A stretch of 64,000 nucleotides of DNA, from contig JAUNOH010000004.1 in the NCBI GenBank assembly GCA_030537155.1, positions 30,932 through 94,931 of the forward strand. Reading direction: 5' to 3'. Below are positions 18,713 to 28,581 of this stretch, piece by piece. The stretch comes from Bacillota bacterium (lineage in GTDB: Bacteria; Bacillota_I; Bacilli_A; RFN20; CAG-826). The position numbers and the translations under genes are program-made. Every line of letters starts with the position of its first letter. Within the stretch, counting starts at the first letter, position 1. The notes under the pieces were generated by a model. The model had not been told where the DNA came from and made no database searches. It saw only the letters and a program-made list of their open reading frames with translations.

Positions 18713-19846
18713 TTAGAACTTGAACTCGCCCTTGAGGAAATCGGGGAGGATTTGATCCTCGACCGGCTGCTCCTCGGGCTCATTGGATTTGGCGGAGGCG
18801 ATCTCGTCGATCTTCTTCTGCCTCGTCTCATCGACCGAGGAATGGATGTCCTCCTTCTTCGGGGTGACGAAGACCTGGGTGCGGGTGAAGTCGTATTCCT
18901 CCGAGAAGTCGGAGGCGATGACCGAGACTAGGATGGTGTCGTCGAGCTGATCGTTGATCGAGACCCCGAATTTGACGTCGATGGTGCTGCCGGCGGCGTC
19001 GATGATGCGGTTGACGCATTCCTGGGCCTCATACAGGGAGACCGAGGCCCCGCAGGTGACGGCGCATATCGCCCTCCTGGCCCCGGAGATCGAGGCTTCC
19101 AATAACGGGGAGTTGATGGCGTTTTCCGCCGCCTCCTCGGCCTTATTGGTGCCCGAGCCCATGCCAAAGCCGATGATGGCGATGCCGGAGTTCTGCAAAG
19201 TGCTCTTCACATCGGCGAAATCGAGGTTGATGACGGCCGGGAGGAGAATAAGATCGGTGACGGTTTTGACCGATTGGGCCAAGACGCGGTCACTTTCGGA
19301 GAAGGCCTGGGAGATGGGGGCGTTGCCGCTGGCCATCAATAATTTGTCGTTGCTTACGATGATGATGGAGTCGACGGCATCCTTCAGCTCATTCAACCCC
19401 GTGATGGAGTTGGCGTTCCTCCTTTTGCCCTCGAAGCTGAAGGGACGGGTGACGATGGCGATGGTCAAGGCACCCTCCTCGCGGGCGATGCGGGCCACGA
19501 TCGGGGCGGCCCCGGTTCCGGTTCCCCCGCCCATCCCGGCGGCGATGAAGACCATGTTGGCCCCCTTGACGATGGAGCGGATCTTCTCGACGCTGGCCTC
19601 GGCGGCCTCTTTCCCGACGGCGGGGTCGCCCCCGGCGCCTAGCCCCTGGGTCACTTCCTCGCCCAGGACGATGCGGTTGCTGGCCTTGGAGGTGGCCAAA
19701 GCCTGCTTATCCGTGTTGAAAACGTAGAATTCGACGTTGTTGATGTTCTCGTCGATCATGCGGTTGACGGCGTTGTTGCCGGCCCCGCCGACGCCGATGC
19801 AGAGTATCCTCGCCACCGGCTCGAAGTTATCCAAATCCATGTCCAT
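18713..19846 (-). CDS. ftsZ: Cell division protein FtsZ
   Basis: 377 aa with the tubulin signature GGGTGTGAAP. Confidence 0.97.
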   Translation of the reverse strand: MDMDLDNFEPVARILCIGVGGAGNNAVNRMIDENINNVEFYVFNTDKQALATSKASNRIVLGEEVTQGLGAGGDPAVGKEAAEASVEKIRSIVKGANMVFIAAGMGGGTGTGAAPIVARIAREEGALTIAIVTRPFSFEGKRRNANSITGLNELKDAVDSIIIVSNDKLLMASGNAPISQAFSESDRVLAQSVKTVTDLILLPAVINLDFADVKSTLQNSGIAIIGFGMGSGTNKAEEAAENAINSPLLEASISGARRAICAVTCGASVSLYEAQECVNRIIDAAGSTIDVKFGVSINDQLDDTILVSVIASDFSEEYDFTRTQVFVTPKKEDIHSSVDETRQKKIDEIASAKSNEPEEQPVEDQILPDFLKGEFKF

Positions 19847-19856
19847 GACTCACTCC

Positions 19857-21113
19857 TTAGAGGACATCCTCGTCCTCATCCTTCTTTTTGCCGAATAGCG
19901 GCTTCTTCTTTTTAGCTTGTTTCTCCTCTTCGTCCCGGGAGAGGGCGCTGACCCCGCGCATCGTCTCGTCGAGGGATCCCTTATAGACGGAGGAGCTGGT
20001 CAGCAATAGGCCCAATAATCCGGAATATCCCGGGTCGCGGGCCCCGATGGAATTCGGGCAGACGGCCTTGATGGGATGCTGGGGGAAATGGTCGCCCCAG
20101 ATCTTCTCGATGCCGTTTAGGAGGCTGCTACCACCGCTTAGGAGGATGGGCAGATTCTCCAAATCGCCATTTAGGTTCTTCCCAAGCTCGGAGATGGCGC
20201 TCTCCAGATGGGGGAAGTAATCGGAAAAGTAATCGGCGATGGCCTGATTGAGGTCCTGCTGGAAGATGGGCTTCCCCTGGCTGGACTGGCCGATCGGCGG
20301 ATTGTAGGAGAGGCGGCGTTCGTCATAGCCGCACTCGAGCTTCAATTTCTCGGCGGCCTCGAATTCGAGCTGGAGGTCGGAGGCGATTTTCTCACTGAGC
20401 TGGCGGCCGCCCCGGCTGAAGTTGATGCCGCGGTAAGGCGAATGGTTGCCGACGAGGCTGACGGTGGTCAGCCGATCCCCGATATCGACGAGGATATAGG
20501 TGGGCGGAAGCAATTGGTTGCCCTTATATAGCTCGGCCTGGCAATAGGCGGAGACGCCCATGCTCTTAATCCTGAAGCCGGCCCGCTCCATGGCGGAACG
20601 ATAGCTATGGAGATATGAGTTGGGGAGGCAATGGACCCAGCCCTTGATGGATAGGCTATTCGAGGTCTCGCCCAGAGGCGGGTTCTCGCTGACCCGGTCG
20701 CCATCCATTAAGAAGGCCTCGGGGATGATGTCGACGATGCCATATCCGGAGGGCGGTTCCTCCTTATTCATCTGGGAGAGGACGTTCATGACGTCGATCT
20801 TCTCGATCTTGCCGCTTTGGCTGACCACGAGGGTCGTCTTCTGGTTGAGGAAGACATAAAGCCCGGCGCTCGGGAGGAGGAGTTTGGCCTCCTTAAGCGA
20901 GAAGCGCATCTTGTCGTTGGCATCCTCGATCTCCCGGAGTTGGGAGAGGGTGGATATCAGCCCCTCCACGTCGGCGATGGTGCCGTTGTCATTCATGTAG
21001 GGGTTGGGGAGGCTCTTGGTATATAAAACGACGGGCTGGCCATCCAGCTCGTATCCGATCAACAGTTTTATGGCTCCCGAGGTTATCTCGAAGCAGGCTG
21101 AGGGCTTTTCCAT
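19857..21113 (-). CDS. ftsA: Cell division protein FtsA
   Basis: 418 aa with an actin-like fold and SGGSSLLNG. It is immediately upstream of ftsZ and has a Lys-rich C-terminal tail. Confidence 0.9.
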   Translation of the reverse strand: MEKPSACFEITSGAIKLLIGYELDGQPVVLYTKSLPNPYMNDNGTIADVEGLISTLSQLREIEDANDKMRFSLKEAKLLLPSAGLYVFLNQKTTLVVSQSGKIEKIDVMNVLSQMNKEEPPSGYGIVDIIPEAFLMDGDRVSENPPLGETSNSLSIKGWVHCLPNSYLHSYRSAMERAGFRIKSMGVSAYCQAELYKGNQLLPPTYILVDIGDRLTTVSLVGNHSPYRGINFSRGGRQLSEKIASDLQLEFEAAEKLKLECGYDERRLSYNPPIGQSSQGKPIFQQDLNQAIADYFSDYFPHLESAISELGKNLNGDLENLPILLSGGSSLLNGIEKIWGDHFPQHPIKAVCPNSIGARDPGYSGLLGLLLTSSSVYKGSLDETMRGVSALSRDEEEKQAKKKKPLFGKKKDEDEDVL

Positions 21114-21194
21114 AGGCGATCCACTATATTTTATATAGTTGGATTAGTTTTTGCACTATTGGGTTAAAAATTTGGCTTTTCGACTAAATAACTA

Positions 21195-21228
21195 CTAAAA
21201 AAGCCCCAAGGAGAGAGGGCCTCGGGGC
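21195..21228 (-). terminator. Intrinsic terminator after the rsmH-proximal small gene
   Basis: Minus strand GCCCCGAGG-loop-CCTTGGGGC followed by TTTTTT. Confidence 0.8.
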
Positions 21229-21246
21229 ATCGGTTTGGGAAAAAAA

Positions 21247-21489
21247 TCAAGCCACGAACGGGATATAGAGCAAATCGAATCCGACTTCGCCGTTGGTCTT
21301 ATCCTCCACCGTCGTGGGGGCTTCGACGGCCTGCTGGGTGGCGGCTTTGTTCTGCACGGTGGCGATGGAGATGAGGATCGGGGCGGCGGATAATCCGGCC
21401 ACGCCCAAAGCGAAAGCGAAGCACCTCAGGACGAGGCGGACCCGGTAGTAGAGCTTCTTATGCCCGGTCTTTACCAGTTTGTCTTTCAT
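21247..21489 (-). CDS. Small single-pass membrane protein in the FtsL position of the dcw cluster
   Basis: 80 aa with RBS AAAGGAGAAAGGG and one TM helix after a basic N-terminus. It lies between rsmH and ftsA. The FtsL analogy is positional only. Confidence 0.6.
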   Translation of the reverse strand: MKDKLVKTGHKKLYYRVRLVLRCFAFALGVAGLSAAPILISIATVQNKAATQQAVEAPTTVEDKTNGEVGFDLLYIPFVA

Positions 21490-21504
21490 TTCCCTTTCTC
21501 CTTT

Positions 21505-22449
21505 CTATAGTTTCTCGATGACCCGGAGTTTGCTGGAGGCGGCGCGGTGGTTTTCCGCGAGCTCCCTCTCCCCCGGGATGATGGGTTTTTTGTAAACGAG
21601 GCGGTATTCGGCTTCCTTAATCTCCTCTGGCCTCTCGTAACCGGTGCGGCTACCCTCGACGCGGGTGAGCTTATTGAAGCACTGCTTCACCAGGCGATCG
21701 TCGAGTGACATGAAGCTGATGATGGCCAGCCTCCCGCCTTTTTCGAGATAACCGGGGGCTTTCTTCAAAGCCTCGATCAGGGCTCCCTCCTCATCGTTAA
21801 CCTCAATCCTGATGGCCTGGAAGGCCTGCTTGGCCGGATGGCCTTTCTTAACTAGGCTTTGCCTCGGCTTGGCCGACTTGACGATCTCGGCCAGTTCGGT
21901 GGTCGTCTCGATGGGTTTCCTCTCGCGGTAGGAGACTATCTTCTTCGCGATCTGGTAGGCCTCCCTATCCTCGCCATATTCCCGGATGACCCGGGTCAAT
22001 TCGGATAGGGAATAGTTATTCACGACCTCATGGGCCGTTAGCCCCTGGCTTTGATCCATCCGCATGTCGAGGGGGGCCTCCAGCTTATAGCTGAATCCCC
22101 GGTCGCCTTCATCTAGCTGGGGCGAGGAGACGCCTAGGTCGATGAGGATTCCGCTGACCTTCTCGATCCCCAATTCCTTTAGGTGGGAGTCGAAGTTACG
22201 GAAGTTATCGCGGATGAGGGTGAAGTTATCCCCCACCTCGCGGAGGGTGGCCTCGCTTTCTTTGATGGCCTCCTCATCCTGATCGAAGGCGATGAGCCTC
22301 CCATGGGGGATTCGGGCCAATATCCTCTTGGAGTGGCCTCCCCTACCCAACGTGAAGTCGAGGTAAGTTCCGCCGTCGCGGATATCCAGCGATTCGATGG
22401 TCTCCTCGAGGAGGACCGGGACGTGGCTAGCCACGGTGGTAGCCTCCAT
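21505..22449 (-). CDS. rsmH: 16S rRNA (cytosine1402-N4)-methyltransferase
   Basis: 314 aa with DLGVSSPQLD and the SAM-binding DFTLGRGGH. It follows mraZ. Confidence 0.95.
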   Translation of the reverse strand: MEATTVASHVPVLLEETIESLDIRDGGTYLDFTLGRGGHSKRILARIPHGRLIAFDQDEEAIKESEATLREVGDNFTLIRDNFRNFDSHLKELGIEKVSGILIDLGVSSPQLDEGDRGFSYKLEAPLDMRMDQSQGLTAHEVVNNYSLSELTRVIREYGEDREAYQIAKKIVSYRERKPIETTTELAEIVKSAKPRQSLVKKGHPAKQAFQAIRIEVNDEEGALIEALKKAPGYLEKGGRLAIISFMSLDDRLVKQCFNKLTRVEGSRTGYERPEEIKEAEYRLVYKKPIIPGERELAENHRAASSKLRVIEKL

Positions 22450-22858
22450 AGGGGTTATTCAGGGAGCCGGAGTTGGCTAGCTGATAGGCCGAATAGGCCA
22501 GGCTATCCCAGATCTCGAAGTGGTCTAACACCCCGATGAGGACGACTTCCTGGCCGATGCCATATTCCCTTAGCATCGGCTGGGTGAGGTTGACGCGGTT
22601 GTGGCTATCGAGGGGGAGCTTGACGATGGAGGCGCTGACGAGCCTGACGTAGGCCCTCTGCCTTTCATCGTTATAGTCCATGGCCTCGAGCGAAGCGACG
22701 AGTTTATCGAACTCATCCTGCTCGTAGACGGCCACGCAACCATCGAATCCCCTGAGGACGTAGAAGGAGGTGACGCCGGGTGAGAGTAGCTTCGCCGGGA
22801 TCAATAGGCGGCCCTTGGAATCAAGGCTCCGATTGTAGCTTCCGAAGAATCTTCCCAC
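22427..22858 (-). CDS. mraZ: Transcriptional regulator MraZ
   Basis: 143 aa with a duplicated SpoVT/AbrB-like DxxxR motif (LDSKGRLLIP and LDSHNRVNL). GTG start with RBS GAGGTGG. Confidence 0.93.
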   Translation of the reverse strand: MGRFFGSYNRSLDSKGRLLIPAKLLSPGVTSFYVLRGFDGCVAVYEQDEFDKLVASLEAMDYNDERQRAYVRLVSASIVKLPLDSHNRVNLTQPMLREYGIGQEVVLIGVLDHFEIWDSLAYSAYQLANSGSLNNPYGGYHRG

Positions 22859-22989
22859 TTTTTACCACCTCAGCCCTACAAAGTTACCATTTCTTCGAAA
22901 AACGGGCAATAGGCGACAAAGAAAAACGGCCCTATTTTTAGACAGTGTATTAACTATCCGTAATAGTGCCGTTTATATCTTGCTTTTAT

Positions 22990-23484
22990 TTATTGAACAT
23001 CAAGGTCTTTTAAGACGTCGAATGGCGATCCCTCGCTCTGGTTTTGGCTCTTTTTGGCCTCTTCCTCGCTGAGGATCGAATAGCCCTCGCCGGAGCTGGG
23101 CAGCTTCGAATCGGGGGCTTTGACGACCATCGGGAGGGAGAAGCGGATCAGATCCACCACCAATACCTCCAGCTCGATGGCCTTGCCCGGGACGATGAAG
23201 CCCTCACCCTCGCCGTCCTCGTCCTCCATGATGTCGAAGCTCTCCTCGAGGGAGATTTTCTTCTTGAAGGGTTTGGCGGTGTAGCTATCCTCGAGGGTGA
23301 TCGTGGCCGCAATGGATAAGTCGGCCTTGATGAGTTTGTCTTCCTTGGACAATTCACCCTTCACATGGCATTTATCTATTCCAAGTAAGGGATAGGAGTC
23401 CGCGAAGAGGGAAGGGTCGAGAAAGCTCAGCTCCTCATCGAGCAGATACGCCCTCTCGAAGATGTGGCTTTTGGCGATCCTCAT
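22990..23484 (-). CDS. YceD/DUF177 family protein
   Basis: 164 aa with an acidic central segment and a C-terminal ...SPFDVLKDL typical of DUF177. Its ATGA overlaps the pheT stop. Confidence 0.6.
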   Translation of the reverse strand: MRIAKSHIFERAYLLDEELSFLDPSLFADSYPLLGIDKCHVKGELSKEDKLIKADLSIAATITLEDSYTAKPFKKKISLEESFDIMEDEDGEGEGFIVPGKAIELEVLVVDLIRFSLPMVVKAPDSKLPSSGEGYSILSEEEAKKSQNQSEGSPFDVLKDLDVQ

Positions 23485-25871
23485 TGCCTTATCTCCGCCC
23501 CGAAGGCGACCCTTAGCTGCTGGATGGCCTTCTCCATGGCCTGGTTGACTTCCTCCTCCTTGAGGGTGTGGGTGTCGGAGCCCAGAGATATATGGATGGC
23601 CAAAGACTTCTTATCGGCGGCCACCTTCTCCCCTTCATAGACGTCGAAGGGCGAGACGGCCTTAATAAGGGCGTCGCTCTTGCGGAGGGCTTTCTCAATC
23701 GATTCGTAGGAGATGCCCTTATCGAGGATGAGGGCCAAATCCCTCTCCACTCCCGGGTAGGATGAGGGGATCGAGGCTTTAATCGGCGAGGATTTCAGCT
23801 CCAAGATGGCCCCGAGGTCGATTTCCATCGCCACGAGGTTTTTGGCCCCGAATTCCTTGAGGATGTTGGGGTGCAGCTCACCCATCACGCCCAATAGCTT
23901 CTTGCCCATCATGATCTGGGCGCTTTTGCCGGGATGGAACTCCTCTTTGCCTAGGGCAAAGGGCACCACCTGGTAACGGTTGGGGTTGAGGTTCAATAAT
24001 TCCATCATGCCGGTCAATAGCCCTTTGGCGTCATAGAAGGAATATGGCCTCCCCTCCAAATCGCCGCGGGTCTTGTGGTTATTGGCTAAAACCAAGGCCA
24101 ATCGGCAGCCGACACCCGAAAGGGTCTCGACCTCGCTTAACTCGAATAAGGCGAAATCCTTATTGCCGTGGTCGAGGTTATACCTGGCCGATTCGAGCAG
24201 GGAGGAGAGGATGTTGCCACGGAGCCACTTATGTTCCTCAGTCAGGGGGTTAGCCAAATAGAGGTCGCCCCCGTTTGATAGGTAATTGAAGGAGGAATTT
24301 AGCTTCTGGTTGATGAGGGTATAGGTCAAGGCCTCATCCAAGCCGGCCCCCCGGAAGTAGGCCCGGATGGCCCTCCTCTGCTTCTGGATCTTGGTTAGGC
24401 CATGCTTGGGGCTGGAAACCAAAGGCAAGGTCGAGGGGATCGATTCATAGCCGAGTAGCCTAATGACCTCCTCGGAGATATCGGCCTCCCCCACCACGTC
24501 GATCCTGTGCTTCGGGACCTCGACGGAGAAGGAATCCCCCTCGCCCCTACTGACCCTGAAGTGGTCGGCCTCGAGGGTCTCGATGACCTGATCGATATCA
24601 AATGAACTCCCGAGGCGGGTATTGATGTAGCCAAGGCTCGTCTTAATCGATTTGGGCTCATGGCTTAGGGTGTCGTAGGAGATGGTCTCGGAGATCGAGG
24701 TGGCCTCGGCCAGCTCGACAAGAAGGTCGCTGGTCAAAGATAAGACGTATTCGGCCTGATCGGGGTTGACGCCCTTGACGAAGCGCTGGCTCGAATCGGA
24801 GCTGAGGCCGATCCGATTGGCGGTATGCCTGATGGGGGCGCCCTTGAAGTAGGCCGATTCGATGGCGATGTTATGCGAATTCTCGTCGACCGTGCATTCC
24901 TTGGCCGTCATGATGCCGGCTAGGCACATCGGCTTGTCATCGCTGGAGACGACGAGGTCGCCCTTCTTGAGGGGGTAGGCCTTATCGTCCATGGCCAGGA
25001 AGTCGCCCTCGAAATCGTCTTTGACGATCAACTCCTTCTTCGGGAGCTTATCGAGGTCATACATGTTCAAAGGCTGCCCGGTCAGGAGCATGATGTAGTT
25101 TCCGATGTCGACGACGTTATTGATGGAGCGGATCCCCTCGGCGGTCAATAGGCTCTTCAGCCAGTTGGGGCTCTCCTTGACTTTGACGTTGCGGGCGATC
25201 CTCAAGGCAAAAGATGGGCAATCGGGGGTGATGCTCCCGACTTTAAAATCCTCTTTGGATAGTTCCCTCTTTGCGGGTTCCGGTAGATGCAATGGCCTCT
25301 TTAAGAGGGTGGAAACCTCGCGGGCAATATTCGAAATCGCATAAAGATCAGGGCGGTTGGCCAATAGATCCAAGTCGATGACCACATCGTCCAATCCAAG
25401 GTAGGCCAAAGGATCCTCATCACCAACTTTGGCGTCCTCGGGGAGCTCCTCGATGCCGGAGCACTGGTATTCGGTTAAGTATTTCTTATCGACGCCCAAT
25501 TCGTAGAGGGCGCAGCACATGCCGTCGCTCTCCACCCCGCGGATGACGCCTTTTTTGATGACGCCGCCTGGGAGGGTGGCCCCTTCGCGGGCCACTATGA
25601 CCTTGAGCCCCAGCTTAACGTTGGGGGCGCCGCAGACGATCTGGTGGACGCCATATTTCTCGCCCTCATCGACCATCAGCACGTGGAGGTGGTCGGAATC
25701 GGGGTGGTCTTTGACGGAGATGATTTTGCCGATGACCAGCTTATCCGCGTTGGCCAGACGGGTGATGGAGTCGCTTTCGATGCCGGCGAAAGTCAATTTG
25801 GAGGCGATCTCCTCCGGGGTATAGCCGCTCAGGTCAAGATATTTGCCGAGCCATTTCAATGATGCCTTCAT
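23481..25871 (-). CDS. pheT: Phenylalanine--tRNA ligase beta subunit
   Basis: 796 aa with an N-terminal tRNA-binding domain. It follows pheS and has typical length and architecture. Confidence 0.95.
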   Translation of the reverse strand: MKASLKWLGKYLDLSGYTPEEIASKLTFAGIESDSITRLANADKLVIGKIISVKDHPDSDHLHVLMVDEGEKYGVHQIVCGAPNVKLGLKVIVAREGATLPGGVIKKGVIRGVESDGMCCALYELGVDKKYLTEYQCSGIEELPEDAKVGDEDPLAYLGLDDVVIDLDLLANRPDLYAISNIAREVSTLLKRPLHLPEPAKRELSKEDFKVGSITPDCPSFALRIARNVKVKESPNWLKSLLTAEGIRSINNVVDIGNYIMLLTGQPLNMYDLDKLPKKELIVKDDFEGDFLAMDDKAYPLKKGDLVVSSDDKPMCLAGIMTAKECTVDENSHNIAIESAYFKGAPIRHTANRIGLSSDSSQRFVKGVNPDQAEYVLSLTSDLLVELAEATSISETISYDTLSHEPKSIKTSLGYINTRLGSSFDIDQVIETLEADHFRVSRGEGDSFSVEVPKHRIDVVGEADISEEVIRLLGYESIPSTLPLVSSPKHGLTKIQKQRRAIRAYFRGAGLDEALTYTLINQKLNSSFNYLSNGGDLYLANPLTEEHKWLRGNILSSLLESARYNLDHGNKDFALFELSEVETLSGVGCRLALVLANNHKTRGDLEGRPYSFYDAKGLLTGMMELLNLNPNRYQVVPFALGKEEFHPGKSAQIMMGKKLLGVMGELHPNILKEFGAKNLVAMEIDLGAILELKSSPIKASIPSSYPGVERDLALILDKGISYESIEKALRKSDALIKAVSPFDVYEGEKVAADKKSLAIHISLGSDTHTLKEEEVNQAMEKAIQQLRVAFGAEIRQ

Positions 25872-25874
25872 TAT

Positions 25875-26927
25875 TTATTCCCCCTTGAAGTCCTTGAGGA
25901 AGCGGACATCGTTTTGGTAGAACCTCCGGATGTCGTCGATCCCATAGCGGAGCATGGCGACCCTCTCGACGCCGACGCCAAAGGCGAAGCCACTCCATTC
26001 ATTCGGGTCATAGCCACAGTCGGATAAGACCTTGGGATTGACCATGCCGGCCCCGAGTATCTCGATCCAGCCGCTGCCTTTGCAGATCGCGCAGCCCTTC
26101 CCGCCGCAGTTGAAGCAGGAGACGTCGACTTCGACGCTAGGCTCGGTGAAGGGGAAGTAGGAGCTTCTCAGCCTTATTTCCCTCTTCTCGCCGAACATCT
26201 TCTTGGCAAATAGCTCCAAAGTGCCCTTTAAGTCGCTGAGTGAGACTTTTTTATCGACCACCAAACCCTCAATCTGGGCGAATTGGTGGGAATGGGTCAT
26301 GTCGTCGTCATCGCGCCTATAAACCTTCCCGGGCGAGATCATCTTGATGGGGGTTTTGACTTCCTTCTCCAGCATCGTGTGGGCCTGGGCGGCCGAGGTC
26401 TGGGTGCGAAGCAATTTCTCGACGTTGCCTAGATAAAAGGTATCCTGCATGTCGCGGGAGGGGTGGTCTTTGGGGACGTTTAATAGCTCGAAGTTGAAGT
26501 GGTCGCTTTCGACCTCAGTCCCGCCGATGACCTCATATCCCATCGAGACGAAGACGTCGGTGACCTCGTCTATGACCTGGTAATAGGGATTTATATGCCC
26601 AACCCCGAAGTCGTATCCGGGGAGGGAGATGTCGATCTTCTCCTTGGATAGCCTTTCGGAAAGCTCTTTTTTCTCGCTCTCCTCCTTCTTTTTGGCGAAG
26701 GCCTCGGTGATGGCCTGCTTGGCCTCGTTGACGGCCTTGCCGAATTTGGCTTTTTCCTCTTTGGCCAGCTTGCCCATCATGGCCATAAGCTGGGAGAGTT
26801 TCCCCTTCTTCGAGAGGAAGGCGTTATACACCTCGCTCAGCTCGGAGGCGCTTTGCGCCTTGCCTATCTCCGCGAGGGCTTCCTGCTGGACGGACTCGGG
26901 GGTGAGGTTCTCGTTGATCTCGCTCAT
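25875..26927 (-). CDS. pheS: Phenylalanine--tRNA ligase alpha subunit
   Basis: 350 aa with class II motifs (FPFTEPSVEVD, AFGVGVERVAMLRYG). Confidence 0.96.
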   Translation of the reverse strand: MSEINENLTPESVQQEALAEIGKAQSASELSEVYNAFLSKKGKLSQLMAMMGKLAKEEKAKFGKAVNEAKQAITEAFAKKKEESEKKELSERLSKEKIDISLPGYDFGVGHINPYYQVIDEVTDVFVSMGYEVIGGTEVESDHFNFELLNVPKDHPSRDMQDTFYLGNVEKLLRTQTSAAQAHTMLEKEVKTPIKMISPGKVYRRDDDDMTHSHQFAQIEGLVVDKKVSLSDLKGTLELFAKKMFGEKREIRLRSSYFPFTEPSVEVDVSCFNCGGKGCAICKGSGWIEILGAGMVNPKVLSDCGYDPNEWSGFAFGVGVERVAMLRYGIDDIRRFYQNDVRFLKDFKGE

Positions 26928-26934
26928 ATCGCTC

Positions 26935-27148
26935 CTTTAAAAAATAAAAAGACGGCCGGGAACGGAAATATCCGCGGTGCCATCCCAATTCGGCGAGGCT
27001 ATCTCGCCGCTCTCATATCCCGTTAACGCCGGGGGCGGCCCATTTTGATTCCGGGCGTTCTCCTAGGCGAATTCGCGGCGCCTCCCCTGGGATGGTCTCA
27101 CTGTCCACCCCTCCCTGTGAGGATCGGTTATGCCGTTACTGCTCCTAT
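26935..27148 (-). promoter_or_regulatory. T-box riboswitch leader of pheST
   Basis: The minus strand carries the T-box core TGGGATGGCACCGCGG (26987-26972) and TCTTTTTATTTTTT before the RBS AAAGGAG. A candidate -10 TATAAT lies at 27160-27155. Confidence 0.8.
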
Positions 27149-27176
27149 TCGTCGAACGGGCTTATTATAGCCTTTT

Positions 27177-27920
27177 TTAAAGGCTGTTGAAGCCCTGGCT
27201 TTTGCTTATCTCCCGCATCAGGATGGAGCCGGCGATGGCCACGTTGAGCGAGTCAATGCCGGAGATGGGGATATATAACAATTGGTCGCAAAGGGGGAAT
27301 AGGCTTTCCCTCATCCCCTGGCCTTCGTTGCCAAGGATCAGGCAGAGCTTGCCGTTAGGGATATTCGCCTCATCGAGCGAGCTGGCCCCATGGAGGGCGC
27401 TACCCAATATCGAGTATCCATCTTTCTTCAAAGAAGAAACCACATCCTCCGGTTTCCCTTTTCCCTGAATGACGTTCAGCGAGAAGATGGACCCCTGCCC
27501 CGCCATCAAGGCCTTTTGGTTATATGGAGAGGCCGAGCCTTCCGAGAAGATGATGGTGGAGAAGGAAAAGGCGAGGGCGCTCCGCATGATGGCCCCCACA
27601 TTCCCGGGGTCCTGGACCCAGTCGAGGAAAAGGATCCTTTCCCCCAACTCCTTTTGGGGTTCCTTCTTATGGCAGAGGGCGATGATGCCCTCGGGGTTTT
27701 TATTCCCCGATAGCTTTTCGATGATCTCCGGGGTCACCAGATATAGCCCAGCCCCCGGGCAAGCGATTTCCTTGAGGGAATAAACCTCCTCGGCCAAGCC
27801 GGATGATAAGGCCATTTCCACACAGTGGAAACCCTCGGCGAAAAAGGCGTTCCCCTCCTTTACCCTCGAGAGGGCGGAAACTATCTTGGGATTCTTCCTA
27901 CTGGTGAGGCGTTCCCTCAT
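27177..27920 (-). CDS. TrmH/SpoU-family RNA 2'-O-methyltransferase (YsgA-like)
   Basis: 247 aa with the SpoU motifs LILGNEGQGM and IPISGIDSLNVAIAGSILM. It sits upstream of pheS, as ysgA does in Bacillus. Confidence 0.85.
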   Translation of the reverse strand: MRERLTSRKNPKIVSALSRVKEGNAFFAEGFHCVEMALSSGLAEEVYSLKEIACPGAGLYLVTPEIIEKLSGNKNPEGIIALCHKKEPQKELGERILFLDWVQDPGNVGAIMRSALAFSFSTIIFSEGSASPYNQKALMAGQGSIFSLNVIQGKGKPEDVVSSLKKDGYSILGSALHGASSLDEANIPNGKLCLILGNEGQGMRESLFPLCDQLLYIPISGIDSLNVAIAGSILMREISKSQGFNSL

Positions 27921-28530
27921 ATTTACGCTCCCTCAAAAGCTTCATCCGCCTATTATAATCCGGGCAGTATCTGTAGACCACTTTGTAGAAGTTGGGCCCG
28001 TGGTTCCTTTGGAAATGATGGGCCAATTCATGGACGATCAGGGCGTCCAGTATCTCGATGGGGAAATGGAAGAAGATCGCGGAGATGGCGATGCTATGGG
28101 TTTTGGCCGAATTGCTGCCATATCGGGTCTCCATGAAGCGGAGCCTGACCTTATAGGGCGGCTTCACCCCCATTATCCCCTCGTATAGGCGCACCCTCTC
28201 CTCAAAAATCGGGAGGGCGTTTTTCTTGATATAGGTCTTCCTCTTCTTATCATCGGCAAAGCCGATTTCCGCCTTCTCGCCCCAGATATACATCCAATCC
28301 TCGCCATAGGCGGCCCGATTTTTCCTCTTGACCCGCCCCAAAAGTTTGCCGAGGTTACGATTGACGAAGCTATCGATCGTCTTCCGGCTTGTGAGCTTCG
28401 GGCAGGAAACCAAAATGGCCTGCCCGGATTTGTCCATCCGCATGCGGAGGCTCCGCATCCTCTTGTAGGTGATGGTCGCGGGGTAGCTATGCCCTTCGTA
28501 TTCATAAGTCGTGGTTACAGTTTTGTCCAT
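27898..28530 (-). CDS. YgjP-like metal-dependent hydrolase (DUF45 / M48 superfamily)
   Basis: 210 aa with the HEXXH motif (VHELAHH) near the C-terminus. Confidence 0.75.
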   Translation of the reverse strand: MDKTVTTTYEYEGHSYPATITYKRMRSLRMRMDKSGQAILVSCPKLTSRKTIDSFVNRNLGKLLGRVKRKNRAAYGEDWMYIWGEKAEIGFADDKKRKTYIKKNALPIFEERVRLYEGIMGVKPPYKVRLRFMETRYGSNSAKTHSIAISAIFFHFPIEILDALIVHELAHHFQRNHGPNFYKVVYRYCPDYNRRMKLLRERKYEGTPHQ

Positions 28531-28581
28531 TTTGCTTTTGCTAGTTTAACGCCCGCCCGGGAAAGGTTAAACTTCTTCGCG

